DNA of 38,638 nt from Candidatus Methylomirabilota bacterium. Lineage in GTDB: Bacteria > Methylomirabilota > Methylomirabilia > Rokubacteriales > CSP1-6. The stretch spans positions 1 through 38,638 of the forward strand of contig JBKPAK010000062.1 of assembly GCA_046726415.1 (NCBI GenBank). Reading direction: 5' to 3'. The position numbers and the translations under genes are program-made. Below, piece after piece: positions 27,407 to 35,613 of the stretch (the first letter of the stretch is position 1; every line of letters begins with the position of its first letter). The notes beneath the pieces were generated by a model. That model worked only from the letters and a program-made list of their open reading frames with translations. It had not been told where the DNA came from and did not search any database.

Positions 27407-28339
27407 TCAGAACAGCGCGATCGGATTCGCCGGCGAGCCCGTTCCGCCGCGCACGCGCAAGGGCGCGATCACGAGCATGAACTCGTCGCGCCCTTCCTCC
27501 TGACACGCCCTCGCCAGCGGCTCCAGAAGGGCGTTGTCCAGCAGGGCCACCCCGTACGCGAAGATCGCTGCGTGGACCGCCCACGGAATGTCGTAACCGA
27601 TGGGAACATGGTCCAGCATGTCCCACACCAGCACCGACACATCGCGGTCGCGCAAGAAGGGCAAGCACGACACGTGCAGGCCCGGGCGATCGCTGGGGCC
27701 CCCGCTGAACGGACGGCCATAGGACGTGTCGGGATTCGCGGCTTGCCACGCATCGCGGCCACTGTAGACGCACACGGCGTCGCCGGGCTCCAGGGCGATG
27801 CCCCGCGCCTTCACGAGATCCTCGAGCTCCCAGCCGTGCACGGGGCGATCGTGCGTGACGTACGACGTGCCCCGATGCCGCGGGACGTCGAGCATCACCG
27901 CGCGGGTGACGATGCCCTCGCTCCAGTGCTCGACCGAGCCGAAGGTGGCGCCGTCGAAGGTGATCTCCTTCTTCGGGTCCCGCCCGTTCCACATCCCGTC
28001 CTCGTTCCACGTATGACAGAGGGCGTCGATGTGGGTGGAGGCCACGCCGTGGTAGAAGATGCCGTAGTAGTCGGCCGAGAAGCCGCCCTTGCCGCGCGGC
28101 AAGGTGCGCATCCAGTGTTGAGCCGGGTAGGCGTTGTTCATCCCCGGCTCCTTGGGGAACTCGCGGCTCAACGACACGCTGCGCCCCGTTTGCACCAGGC
28201 GGGCCGCCCGCGCGCGCTTCTCCGGCGTGATCAGGTTGATCGCACCCCGCTGATCGTCCTTGCCCCAGCGTCCCCAGTTCCGCCGGTCGCGGAGCCACGA
28301 GTGCACTTCGGCGTCCGTCGGTAAAGGCCGTTCCGGCAT
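27407..28339 (-). CDS. Cyclase family protein (kynurenine formamidase-like metal hydrolase)
   Basis: NWGRWGKDDQRGAINL, HGVASTHIDALCH, DN, GGTGSPANP; GAGGAG SD. Confidence 0.88.
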   Translation of the reverse strand: MPERPLPTDAEVHSWLRDRRNWGRWGKDDQRGAINLITPEKRARAARLVQTGRSVSLSREFPKEPGMNNAYPAQHWMRTLPRGKGGFSADYYGIFYHGVASTHIDALCHTWNEDGMWNGRDPKKEITFDGATFGSVEHWSEGIVTRAVMLDVPRHRGTSYVTHDRPVHGWELEDLVKARGIALEPGDAVCVYSGRDAWQAANPDTSYGRPFSGGPSDRPGLHVSCLPFLRDRDVSVLVWDMLDHVPIGYDIPWAVHAAIFAYGVALLDNALLEPLARACQEEGRDEFMLVIAPLRVRGGTGSPANPIALF

Positions 28340-28364
28340 CGGCTCCTCCGCGTCGAGCGGCGAC

Positions 28365-30575
28365 TCAGGCCGGCGCGATCTCGACGAGACAGGTGTTGTA
28401 GGTGCTCGCCCCGGCGGGCGAGGACGAATCCTCGGTGAGCACGTTGGGGCAGCCCCGCACGTCGGTCCCGCCACCGTCCGGCGTGAACCACACACCTTCC
28501 TTCATGGCCGCCACTCCGCGGGCGATGCGGTCGGTGACGCGCGCCGGGAGGAGGGTGGCGCCCCGATCGTTGAAGACCCGCACGAGCTGGCCATCGACGA
28601 TGCTCCGCGCCGCCGCGTCCGCCGAGTGGATCCACACGTCGCGGCGGTCGGCGCGCGAGAGGATCTCCTGGTTGTCGTGGATGGAGTGGGTGCGGGCGCG
28701 CGACTTGCTGTTGCACAGCATCAAGGGGTACCGCGGGTCGGGCTCGACGGGTGGGATCCACGTGGGGATGGCCGGCACCGCCCCGAGTCCGTACATGTCC
28801 GGCTTGGCCGCGATGGACATAGAGTAGACCTCGATCTTGCCCGACGGCGTCGAGAAGGGGTGCTTCTCGGGATCGCGGACCTCCTTGGCGAAGGCCACGA
28901 GGTCATCGGGAGCGGGCAGGCGGGCGAGTCCCTGGGCGCGGAAGGCCTCGAAGTCGTCGATCTCGGTGCCCTCGCAGAACTCTCGCAGCCAGTCCAGCTC
29001 CGACTTGTCGTTGTAGTGCTCGATCCCCAGCCGCTGCGCGAGGTCCGTGCAGATGTCGAGGTCGCTGCGGCTCTCGCCCACCGGGGCGATGGCCTGGCGC
29101 ATGAAGAAGGTGTAGTGACCCGCACCGCTCCACGGCACCTGCATATCGTTCCGCTCCCAGAACGTGGTGGCCGGAAGCAGGAGGTCGGCGTAGCACCCCA
29201 GTGGCGTTTCGAAGTGGTCCTGGACCGCGATGAACTCCACGGAATCCAGAGCGGCAACCGTCTTGTTGACGTTGCCGCACTGGTTCAGGAGGTCGCCGAA
29301 GGCCGAGTAGATCATCTTGATATCGGCGGGGTAGCCCCCGGCTTTGCCGCGGGTCAGCAGGTCGGCGAGCAGGTTCGACGCGACCTTGGCGCCGGTGGGG
29401 TTCGCGCCGAACTTGAGCCCGCCTTTGAGGCGCGGCTTGGCGCCCCCGCTGCAGCCGGAATTGCCGCCGGGGATGCCGATGTTGCCGGTGATGGCCGCCA
29501 GGGTATAGGCGGCGCGGTGGAACTGCTCGCCGTAGCGCGTCCGACCCGGCGCGTACCCGCAGTGCATGGCCGCCGGCTTTTGAGTGGCGAACTCCCGGGC
29601 CAGGCGGCGAATCGTCTCGGCCGGCACCCCGGTGATCGGCGCCGCCCACTCGGGCGTCTTGCGCACGCCGTCGCTGAGGCCGTAGAGGTACGAGCGGTAG
29701 GACGAGCCGGGCGGGGCCTTCGGCGGCAAATGCTCCTCGTCCAGGCCGAGCACGAGGCGGTCGCAGAACGCTTCGTCGTGGAGCCCCTCGCTCACGATCA
29801 CGTAGGCCATGGCGATGAGCATGGCCGCATCCGTGGACGGTCGGATGAAGATGTGCTCGTCGGCGACCTGCAGGCTCGATCGGGTCGCCCGCGGGTCCAC
29901 GCACACCACGCGCGTGCCGTGGCGCTTGGCCCACTTCACGAACTCCATCGAGTTCGTGCCGAAGTGTCCATCGCCCGGGCTCCAGCCCCACATGAGAATG
30001 AGCTTCGAGTTGCGGTAGTCCTGGCCCTCGCGGCCGGCCGACTTGTAATCGGCGTCGGCGCCGAAAGTGTGGCGGACGGAGAAGACCTCGGCCTCGGCGG
30101 AGAGGTTCGACCACAGCTCGGTGCAGCCGCCGAACAGGTGCAGCAGCCGTTGCACCATCGCGCGGTTGTGAAGGAGCGCCGTGCTGCCCGAGCGCGAGCA
30201 GTCGAGGATGGCCGCCGCCCCGTAGGTGTCGCGAACCCGCCGCATCTCGCTCGCCACTTCGTCGAGCGCCTCGTCCCACGAGATGCGCCCCCACTGACCG
30301 GCCCCGCGCCGACCACGGCGTCGCATGGGATGCAGGAGCCGATCCGGGTGGTAGACGCGTTCCACCATGCCGAAGCCCCGCACGCACGCGTGAAGCGGGG
30401 GATGCTCCGGCGACCACTTGCGGGGATCCGTGCTGATCTTGACCATCTTGCCGTCGACCACGTGGGCGTTGACGGCGCAGCGGCCGCCACAGTTGTGGCC
30501 GCAGGTGCTGGTGATGATCTCCTCGCCGGGCTGCGCGGCGACACGGGGGGCCTCGTAGATCGTTCGTCCGGCCAC
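28365..30575 (-). CDS. DMSO reductase-family molybdopterin oxidoreductase catalytic subunit (DmsA-like, no Tat signal)
   Basis: CGHNCGGRC...CVRG Fe-S motif, RLLHPMRR, ISWDEALD, Ser-ligand region WSNLS, YADLLLPA, TPSGKIE, RTHS, VFNDRG. Confidence 0.92.
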   Translation of the reverse strand: MAGRTIYEAPRVAAQPGEEIITSTCGHNCGGRCAVNAHVVDGKMVKISTDPRKWSPEHPPLHACVRGFGMVERVYHPDRLLHPMRRRGRRGAGQWGRISWDEALDEVASEMRRVRDTYGAAAILDCSRSGSTALLHNRAMVQRLLHLFGGCTELWSNLSAEAEVFSVRHTFGADADYKSAGREGQDYRNSKLILMWGWSPGDGHFGTNSMEFVKWAKRHGTRVVCVDPRATRSSLQVADEHIFIRPSTDAAMLIAMAYVIVSEGLHDEAFCDRLVLGLDEEHLPPKAPPGSSYRSYLYGLSDGVRKTPEWAAPITGVPAETIRRLAREFATQKPAAMHCGYAPGRTRYGEQFHRAAYTLAAITGNIGIPGGNSGCSGGAKPRLKGGLKFGANPTGAKVASNLLADLLTRGKAGGYPADIKMIYSAFGDLLNQCGNVNKTVAALDSVEFIAVQDHFETPLGCYADLLLPATTFWERNDMQVPWSGAGHYTFFMRQAIAPVGESRSDLDICTDLAQRLGIEHYNDKSELDWLREFCEGTEIDDFEAFRAQGLARLPAPDDLVAFAKEVRDPEKHPFSTPSGKIEVYSMSIAAKPDMYGLGAVPAIPTWIPPVEPDPRYPLMLCNSKSRARTHSIHDNQEILSRADRRDVWIHSADAAARSIVDGQLVRVFNDRGATLLPARVTDRIARGVAAMKEGVWFTPDGGGTDVRGCPNVLTEDSSSPAGASTYNTCLVEIAPA

Positions 30576-30584
30576 GGGATCTCC

Positions 30585-31460
30585 TCAGGGCTCCATGGGC
30601 AGGCCCGGATCGCGGGCCCACTCCGAAAGCGAGTTGTCGTACACGGCGACGTCAGGCGCGCCAAGCATGGTGAGGACCAAGGCGTCGCTGCTGGCGGCGA
30701 TGCCTCCGCCGCAGTAGGTGATGATGCGGCGCGGATTCTGGTCGCCGATCGCCCCGGCCTCGGCGAACATCTCGCGCAGCCGGTCGGGCGACAGATAGGC
30801 CTGCGTCGCCGGGTCGGTCAGCTCGCCCGCGGGGACGCAGCGACTCCCGGAGATACGACCGGTGCGCCCGTAGTGAATCCCGCCCCGCCCTTCGTGCTGC
30901 TCGCGGGAGAGGGCGTTGATCAGTGTCGTCGCCGGGTCGCCGAGGGCGGACAGGACGGCCTCCTTGGCGACAAAGAGTCCCGGGCGGGGCCGGGCCACCA
31001 GGGTAGCGCGCGGATACGGACGAACCTCGGTCGTCACCAGCCGCCCTTCGGATGTCCACTTTTTCCAGCCGCCGTTCAGCACCGCCGCGTCGTCAAAGCC
31101 GATCGCCCGCAGCATCCACCAGAGGCGCGCGGCCATCGTGTTGTGCGAGCGGCAGTAGATGACGACGAACGTGCCGGGCCCCACCCCGACCTGCCCGAGC
31201 GCCTGCGCCAGGGGCTCGGGCCCCGGCATGGTGAAGCGCAGGGGGCTGGTGGTGTCGGAAAGTTCGGTGAGGAGATCGGCGAACACCGCGCCCGGCAGGT
31301 GGCCGGCCGCGTACAGAGGCCGCCCGCTCTCCGCGCGGTAGCCGCTGTTGTCGGGCAGCGGCGTGACCACGGTGGTGCACTCGAGCAGACGGAGCCGAAA
31401 ATCTTCCAATCGCTCGGCCAGGTCGTGGGTCTCGATGAGCAGGTGGGGCCAGTCGGTCAT
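30585..31460 (-). CDS. Tandem-domain sulfurtransferase (rhodanese / 3-mercaptopyruvate sulfurtransferase family)
   Basis: GHLPGA, AARLWWML, LNGGW, active-site YCGGG, YDNSLSEW. Confidence 0.9.
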   Translation of the reverse strand: MTDWPHLLIETHDLAERLEDFRLRLLECTTVVTPLPDNSGYRAESGRPLYAAGHLPGAVFADLLTELSDTTSPLRFTMPGPEPLAQALGQVGVGPGTFVVIYCRSHNTMAARLWWMLRAIGFDDAAVLNGGWKKWTSEGRLVTTEVRPYPRATLVARPRPGLFVAKEAVLSALGDPATTLINALSREQHEGRGGIHYGRTGRISGSRCVPAGELTDPATQAYLSPDRLREMFAEAGAIGDQNPRRIITYCGGGIAASSDALVLTMLGAPDVAVYDNSLSEWARDPGLPMEP

Positions 31461-31545
31461 GCGAGCCTCGCGGTCACCGGTGCAGTGTAGCAAAGCCCGC
31501 GCGAGACCTCACCGGCCCCGGCCGGCGATGTGGCAGAATCGCCGC

Positions 31546-32319
31546 ATGTCACTGGATTCCTTCAACACCGAGGCCGCCGTCGCGACCATCCGAGAGTGGA
31601 TTGACCGGGCGCGCGTCGTGGTCGCCCTCACCGGCGCCGGAATCTCCACGGACTCGGGCATTCCCGACTTCCGCGGCCCGCAAGGGGTGTGGACGAAGGA
31701 CCCGGCCGCCGAGAAGATGGCGACCCTGCAGAACTATCTGGCCGATCGCGAGGTCCGCAAGCGCTCGTGGCGAAGCCGGCTGGAATCGCCGTACCTCAGC
31801 GTCAAGCCAAACGCCGGCCACCGGGCCTTCGTCACGCTCGAGCGGCGAGGCAAGCTCGACACCCTGATCACCCAGAATGTCGATGGGCTCCACATCAAGG
31901 CGGGCTCGTCGCCTTCGCGAGTGATCGAGATCCACGGCCACACGCGCGAGGTGGTGTGCATGGAGTGCGGCGAGCGCGCGGCCATGGAACGCGCGCTGGC
32001 GCGCGTGCGAGCCGGCGAGGAGGATCCGCCGTGCCGAACATGTGGTGGCGTGCTGAAGGCCGCCACCATCTCGTTCGGCCAGGGCCTGGTGGCCGAGGAC
32101 CTTCTGCGCGCTCAGTCCGCCGCCCGGCGCTGCGATTTCATGCTCGCCGTCGGCTCTACCCTCTCCGTCTACCCGATCGCCGGCGTCGTCCCCGTGGCCC
32201 GCGAGGCGGGAGCCCGCGTGGTGATCGTCAACGCGGAGCCCACGGCCCTGGATGATCTCGCCGATGCCGTCCTGCGTGGGTCCATCGGCGAGATCCTACC
32301 GCGTCTGGTGGAGCCGTGA
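31546..32319 (+). CDS. cobB: NAD-dependent protein deacylase, Sir2 family
   Basis: GAGIS, IPDFRG, ITQNVDGLH, EIHG, CMEC...CRTC zinc site, GSTL, VN. Confidence 0.93.
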   Translation: MSLDSFNTEAAVATIREWIDRARVVVALTGAGISTDSGIPDFRGPQGVWTKDPAAEKMATLQNYLADREVRKRSWRSRLESPYLSVKPNAGHRAFVTLERRGKLDTLITQNVDGLHIKAGSSPSRVIEIHGHTREVVCMECGERAAMERALARVRAGEEDPPCRTCGGVLKAATISFGQGLVAEDLLRAQSAARRCDFMLAVGSTLSVYPIAGVVPVAREAGARVVIVNAEPTALDDLADAVLRGSIGEILPRLVEP

Positions 32320-32329
32320 GGAGGAGCCG

Positions 32330-32422
32330 CTACCCCTGGTCGGCTCGGGCCCGGCCGAACGCCACGGAGGCCAGCGCGAGCGTCAGAAGCCCGAGAACCG
32401 CAAAGATGACGGTCGTCCTCAT
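32330..32422 (-). CDS. 30-aa small ORF that is essentially a signal peptide (small membrane protein or gene remnant)
   Basis: MRTTVIFAVLGLLTLALASVAFGRARADQG-stop; purine-rich AAGGGGGA upstream; not in the ORF track. Confidence 0.4.
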   Translation of the reverse strand: MRTTVIFAVLGLLTLALASVAFGRARADQG

Positions 32423-32513
32423 CGGCACGTTCCCCCTTGCTCCATGTTTCGGTGAGCCCGTCCAGCCGAGCCATTCGACGCCTGTTCCCGGCCCATCGTT
32501 TACGTGCCGGCGA

Positions 32514-32542
32514 TTGACATGATTCCCGGTCAGCCCTACGTT
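32514..32542 (+). promoter_or_regulatory. Near-consensus sigma70 promoter TTGACA-N17-TACGTT
   Basis: Perfect -35 at 32514-32519, -10 at 32537-32542, upstream of ATG 32581. Confidence 0.6.
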
Positions 32543-32580
32543 CGGTTCGCAGACACGTTGTGCCGAAGGGCGTCACCCGC

Positions 32581-33023
32581 ATGAGCACCCTCGACGCGCA
32601 CCGCATCTGGCCTGGAGAAACGCTCGCCCGCGTGCCGTATTGGGTCTTCGTCGACGACTGCCTCTACAAGATCACCTCCCCGACAATCATCGAAGAGACA
32701 TGGCGGTGGGTCTCATCTACGCCGATTCGAAGGGGATGCTGGTCGACCGCGTGGCCGCGCTGCGCGAGGCGAACATCTACGAGCGCCAGTCCTATCGCCA
32801 CATCGTCGGTATGTCGGCCGTGGGCGGCGACGCCGGCGGGGTGGTCCGGGCGGAGACGCCGTTTCTGGTGGTGCGCATCATGCGCGACGGGCGGATGGAT
32901 CTGTTCGCCACCGGCCGGTACCTCGACGCCCTGGTCGAGGAGGACGGCGCGCTGCGCTTCCGCGAGCGCCTGGTGGTGTGTGACAGCAGCCGCATCGACA
33001 CACTCCTCGCCATTCCGCTGTAG
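32581..33023 (+). pseudogene. Fused remnant of aromatic ring-hydroxylating oxygenase alpha and beta subunits (salicylate hydroxylase / anthranilate dioxygenase type)
   Basis: WPGETLARVPYWVF resembles an alpha-subunit N-terminus; FVDDCLYKITS and, after a 1-nt frameshift near 32680, DNHRRD...GMLVDRVAALREANIYE...GRYLD...DSSRIDTLLAIPL resemble a beta subunit. Confidence 0.78.
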
Positions 33024-33175
33024 CGCAGGGTCCCACATGGCCCCGATATTCCCCAACTCGCGGAACGCGTCCTCCGACGCGGGACCGCCTCTTGACGGGG
33101 CCGCGTCTTACCCCAATAGTCTGATGGCGAGCATTCGCGCGCTGAGCGCCGGAACATCGAGCCGGGAGGTCGACG

Positions 33176-34162
33176 ATGACGCAGGCCCGCACGTTGAGCT
33201 ACGAAGTGATCGAGGGCTGGGAGCAACTTCCCCAGGGGTACGAGCACCGCGACGTCGCCGGCGTGGCCGTCGATTCGGAGGATCGGGTCTTCCTGATCTG
33301 CCGAGGCGATCACCCGATCATCCGCTATGACCAGAAGGGCAATTACCTGGGCTCCTGGGGCGAGGGGCTGTTCACCTATCGGACCCACGGCATCACCGTC
33401 GGCCCCGATCAGATGCTGTACTGCACGGATGATGGCAACCATACCGTGCGGAAGTTCACGCCGGACGGCAAACTGCTGATGACCCTGGGTACCATGAACA
33501 CGCCGTCCGACACCGGATACGACGGCAAGAGCACACTCACCGCGACGCGGCCGGGCGGCCCATTCAACCGCCCCACGAATCTGGCCGTCGGCCCCAAGGG
33601 CGATCTCTACGTCTCCGACGGGTACGGCAACTGCCGGGTGCACCGCTTCTCGCCGACCGGTGAGCTGAAGCAGTCGTGGGGCACGGCCGGCGGGGGCCCC
33701 GGCGAGTTTTACCTCCCGCATGGCATCGCCGTGGCCGTCGACGGGCGCGTGTTCGTCTGCGACCGCGAGAACGATCGGATCCAGATCTTTAGCTCCGACG
33801 GGGAGTACCTCACCGAGTGGACCGACACCCAGCGGCCGACGCATCTCGTCTTCGACGCTCAGGGACGCGCCTACGTCTCCGAGCTGTGGTGGCACCCGGG
33901 CTCGGTCTCGGGGCGCCATGGGCCCATCCACGATGCGCGCTACGGCCGGGTCAGCGTGTACGACCAGGACGGACGAGTTCTCGCGCGGTGGGGCAGCCCG
34001 GAGGCCTGCGCACCGGGAAGCTTCGCGGCGCCCCACGGCCTCGCCGTCGACTCGCGCGGCGATATCTACGTGAGCGAGGTGACGTGGACGTTCGCGGTGA
34101 GCCGCGGCCACGCCCCGGCCACCTGCCACACGTTCCAGAAGTTCGCCCGGAGATCCTCGTGA
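33176..34162 (+). CDS. NHL-repeat beta-propeller, peptidyl-alpha-hydroxyglycine alpha-amidating lyase-like
   Basis: FNRPTNLAV, YVSDGYGNCRVHRF, PHGIAV, DRENDRIQIF; GGAGG SD. Confidence 0.88.
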   Translation: MTQARTLSYEVIEGWEQLPQGYEHRDVAGVAVDSEDRVFLICRGDHPIIRYDQKGNYLGSWGEGLFTYRTHGITVGPDQMLYCTDDGNHTVRKFTPDGKLLMTLGTMNTPSDTGYDGKSTLTATRPGGPFNRPTNLAVGPKGDLYVSDGYGNCRVHRFSPTGELKQSWGTAGGGPGEFYLPHGIAVAVDGRVFVCDRENDRIQIFSSDGEYLTEWTDTQRPTHLVFDAQGRAYVSELWWHPGSVSGRHGPIHDARYGRVSVYDQDGRVLARWGSPEACAPGSFAAPHGLAVDSRGDIYVSEVTWTFAVSRGHAPATCHTFQKFARRSS

Positions 34163-34566
34163 AGCCGGGCAAGGGCTTTCGCCAGATGGTCGATGAGGCG
34201 AAGGCGCGCATCAAGACCATCAGCCTCGAGCAGGCCCGCGAGCGTCTGGGGAAGGATGACGTCGTCTTCGTCGACCTGCGCGACATCCGCGAACTCGAGC
34301 GCGAGGGCATGATCCCCGGAGCCTTTCACTGCCCGCGCGGCATGCTCGAGTTCTGGATCGATCCGGACAGTCCGTACCACAAGGACGTCTTCGCCTCCGG
34401 CAAGGAGTTCGTCTTCTACTGCAACGGCGCCTGGCGGTCGGCGCTGGCCACCGACGTCGCCCAGCAGATGGGACTGGAGCCGGTGTGCGAGATGGACGGC
34501 GGCTTCACGGCCTGGAAAGACGCCGGCTTCCCGGTCGCGGAACGGGCGAAGAAGAAGCCCGCCTGA
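34159..34566 (+). CDS. Single-domain rhodanese-like protein
   Basis: GTGA overlap with the NHL stop; VDLRDIRE, IPGA, PRGMLEFW, YCNGAWRS, GGFTAWK. Confidence 0.88.
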   Translation: MKPGKGFRQMVDEAKARIKTISLEQARERLGKDDVVFVDLRDIRELEREGMIPGAFHCPRGMLEFWIDPDSPYHKDVFASGKEFVFYCNGAWRSALATDVAQQMGLEPVCEMDGGFTAWKDAGFPVAERAKKKPA

Positions 34567-35384
34567 GCGGTCGTCGAGCGCGCCTCGGCGCGGGCCCTCG
34601 CCCGGAGCCAGACGGCACCGTCTTGGTCCGCGGGGTCGAGAAGCCACGGCATCTGCACGAGCCAGGTGGGCGCATGCCGGCGCAGGAGGGTCACCAGCCA
34701 ATCCGCCCCGCTTTCGCGGCAGAGCCGGCCGAGAGCGTCCAGCATCGGGAGGTACGGCTCCCTGGTGCCGTACGTCTCGACACACTGCCCGTGGGCCATC
34801 CAGACGCGCGGATCGGCAGTGACGCGCTCCAGGAAGGCCTCCACCACGCCCGTCTTGCCGATGCCGGGCTCGCCGGTCACGAACACGATCTGCCGGATGC
34901 CGCGCCACGCCGCCTCTAGCTCCCTCTGGAACCTGTCGAGCACGGGCTCGCGCCCGACGAGATGGGCCGGACCGCGATATCGGGAACCGGGCGTGAACGC
35001 GGCATCGCCCGGCGATCGCCCCGGTAACTCCTCTCGCTCCGGTCGCGGGTCGGAGTCGGTGACGTCGCCGATGAACCGATAGCCGCGCTGGCGTACCGTC
35101 GCCACGAATCGCGGAGCGCCGACCCGATCGCCGAGGGCCTTGCGGATCTCCCGCACGCAGACCTTGAGTACCGCATCGCCCACGGCGGTCTCCGGCCACA
35201 CGCTCCGCAGCAGGGCGTCCTTGGTGACGAGCTGGCCATGGCGCTCGAGGAGGCATCGCAGTACGGCAAAGGCCTTCGGCGCCAGGCGAACGGCCTTCGC
35301 TCCCCGCCACAGGCACGCATTGTCGGCATCGAACCGAAACGGCGGGAAACGGAGCGGCCGGGATGGTTTTACATCCATTACCAT
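34416..35384 (-). pseudogene. C-terminally truncated winged-helix (OmpR/PhoB-type) + AAA ATPase transcriptional regulator
   Basis: wHTH LAPKAFAVL...VWP...IRKALGD...RGYRF, LVGRE, Walker A GEPGIGKT; no Walker B or TPR region; after about 34625 the ORF is low-information and runs antisense into the rhodanese gene. Confidence 0.72.
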
Positions 35385-35613
35385 CGTTTTACCGAAGTTT
35401 CATGGCGTCCTCGTGACCCACCCGTGGTACCGCCGCTCGCCGGGCCGGGTGATGACGGGACCATCCGGGGCAGAGACTATACCACCGACGGGCCGGGACG
35501 AAGCGCGGCGTGCGGCCGGACGGGCCTGCGGCGTTCACAGGGGCGACGGCGGCGGGTGAGCCGCGGGGGCGATACCCAGCGCGCATCGCCGCCTGATCCC
35601 TATGGTCGCCCGC

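Noticed and set aside
28260-31490. 1076-aa plus-strand ORF
   Set aside because: Antisense shadow of the DmsA-like and sulfurtransferase genes with no recognisable motifs; typical of high-GC DNA
13031-34162. RiPP or secondary-metabolite cluster (methyltransferase, cupin, PAL-like, desaturase, thioesterase)
   Set aside because: No precursor peptide, NRPS/PKS, YcaO or radical SAM core gene; the genes are scattered on both strands and mostly catabolic
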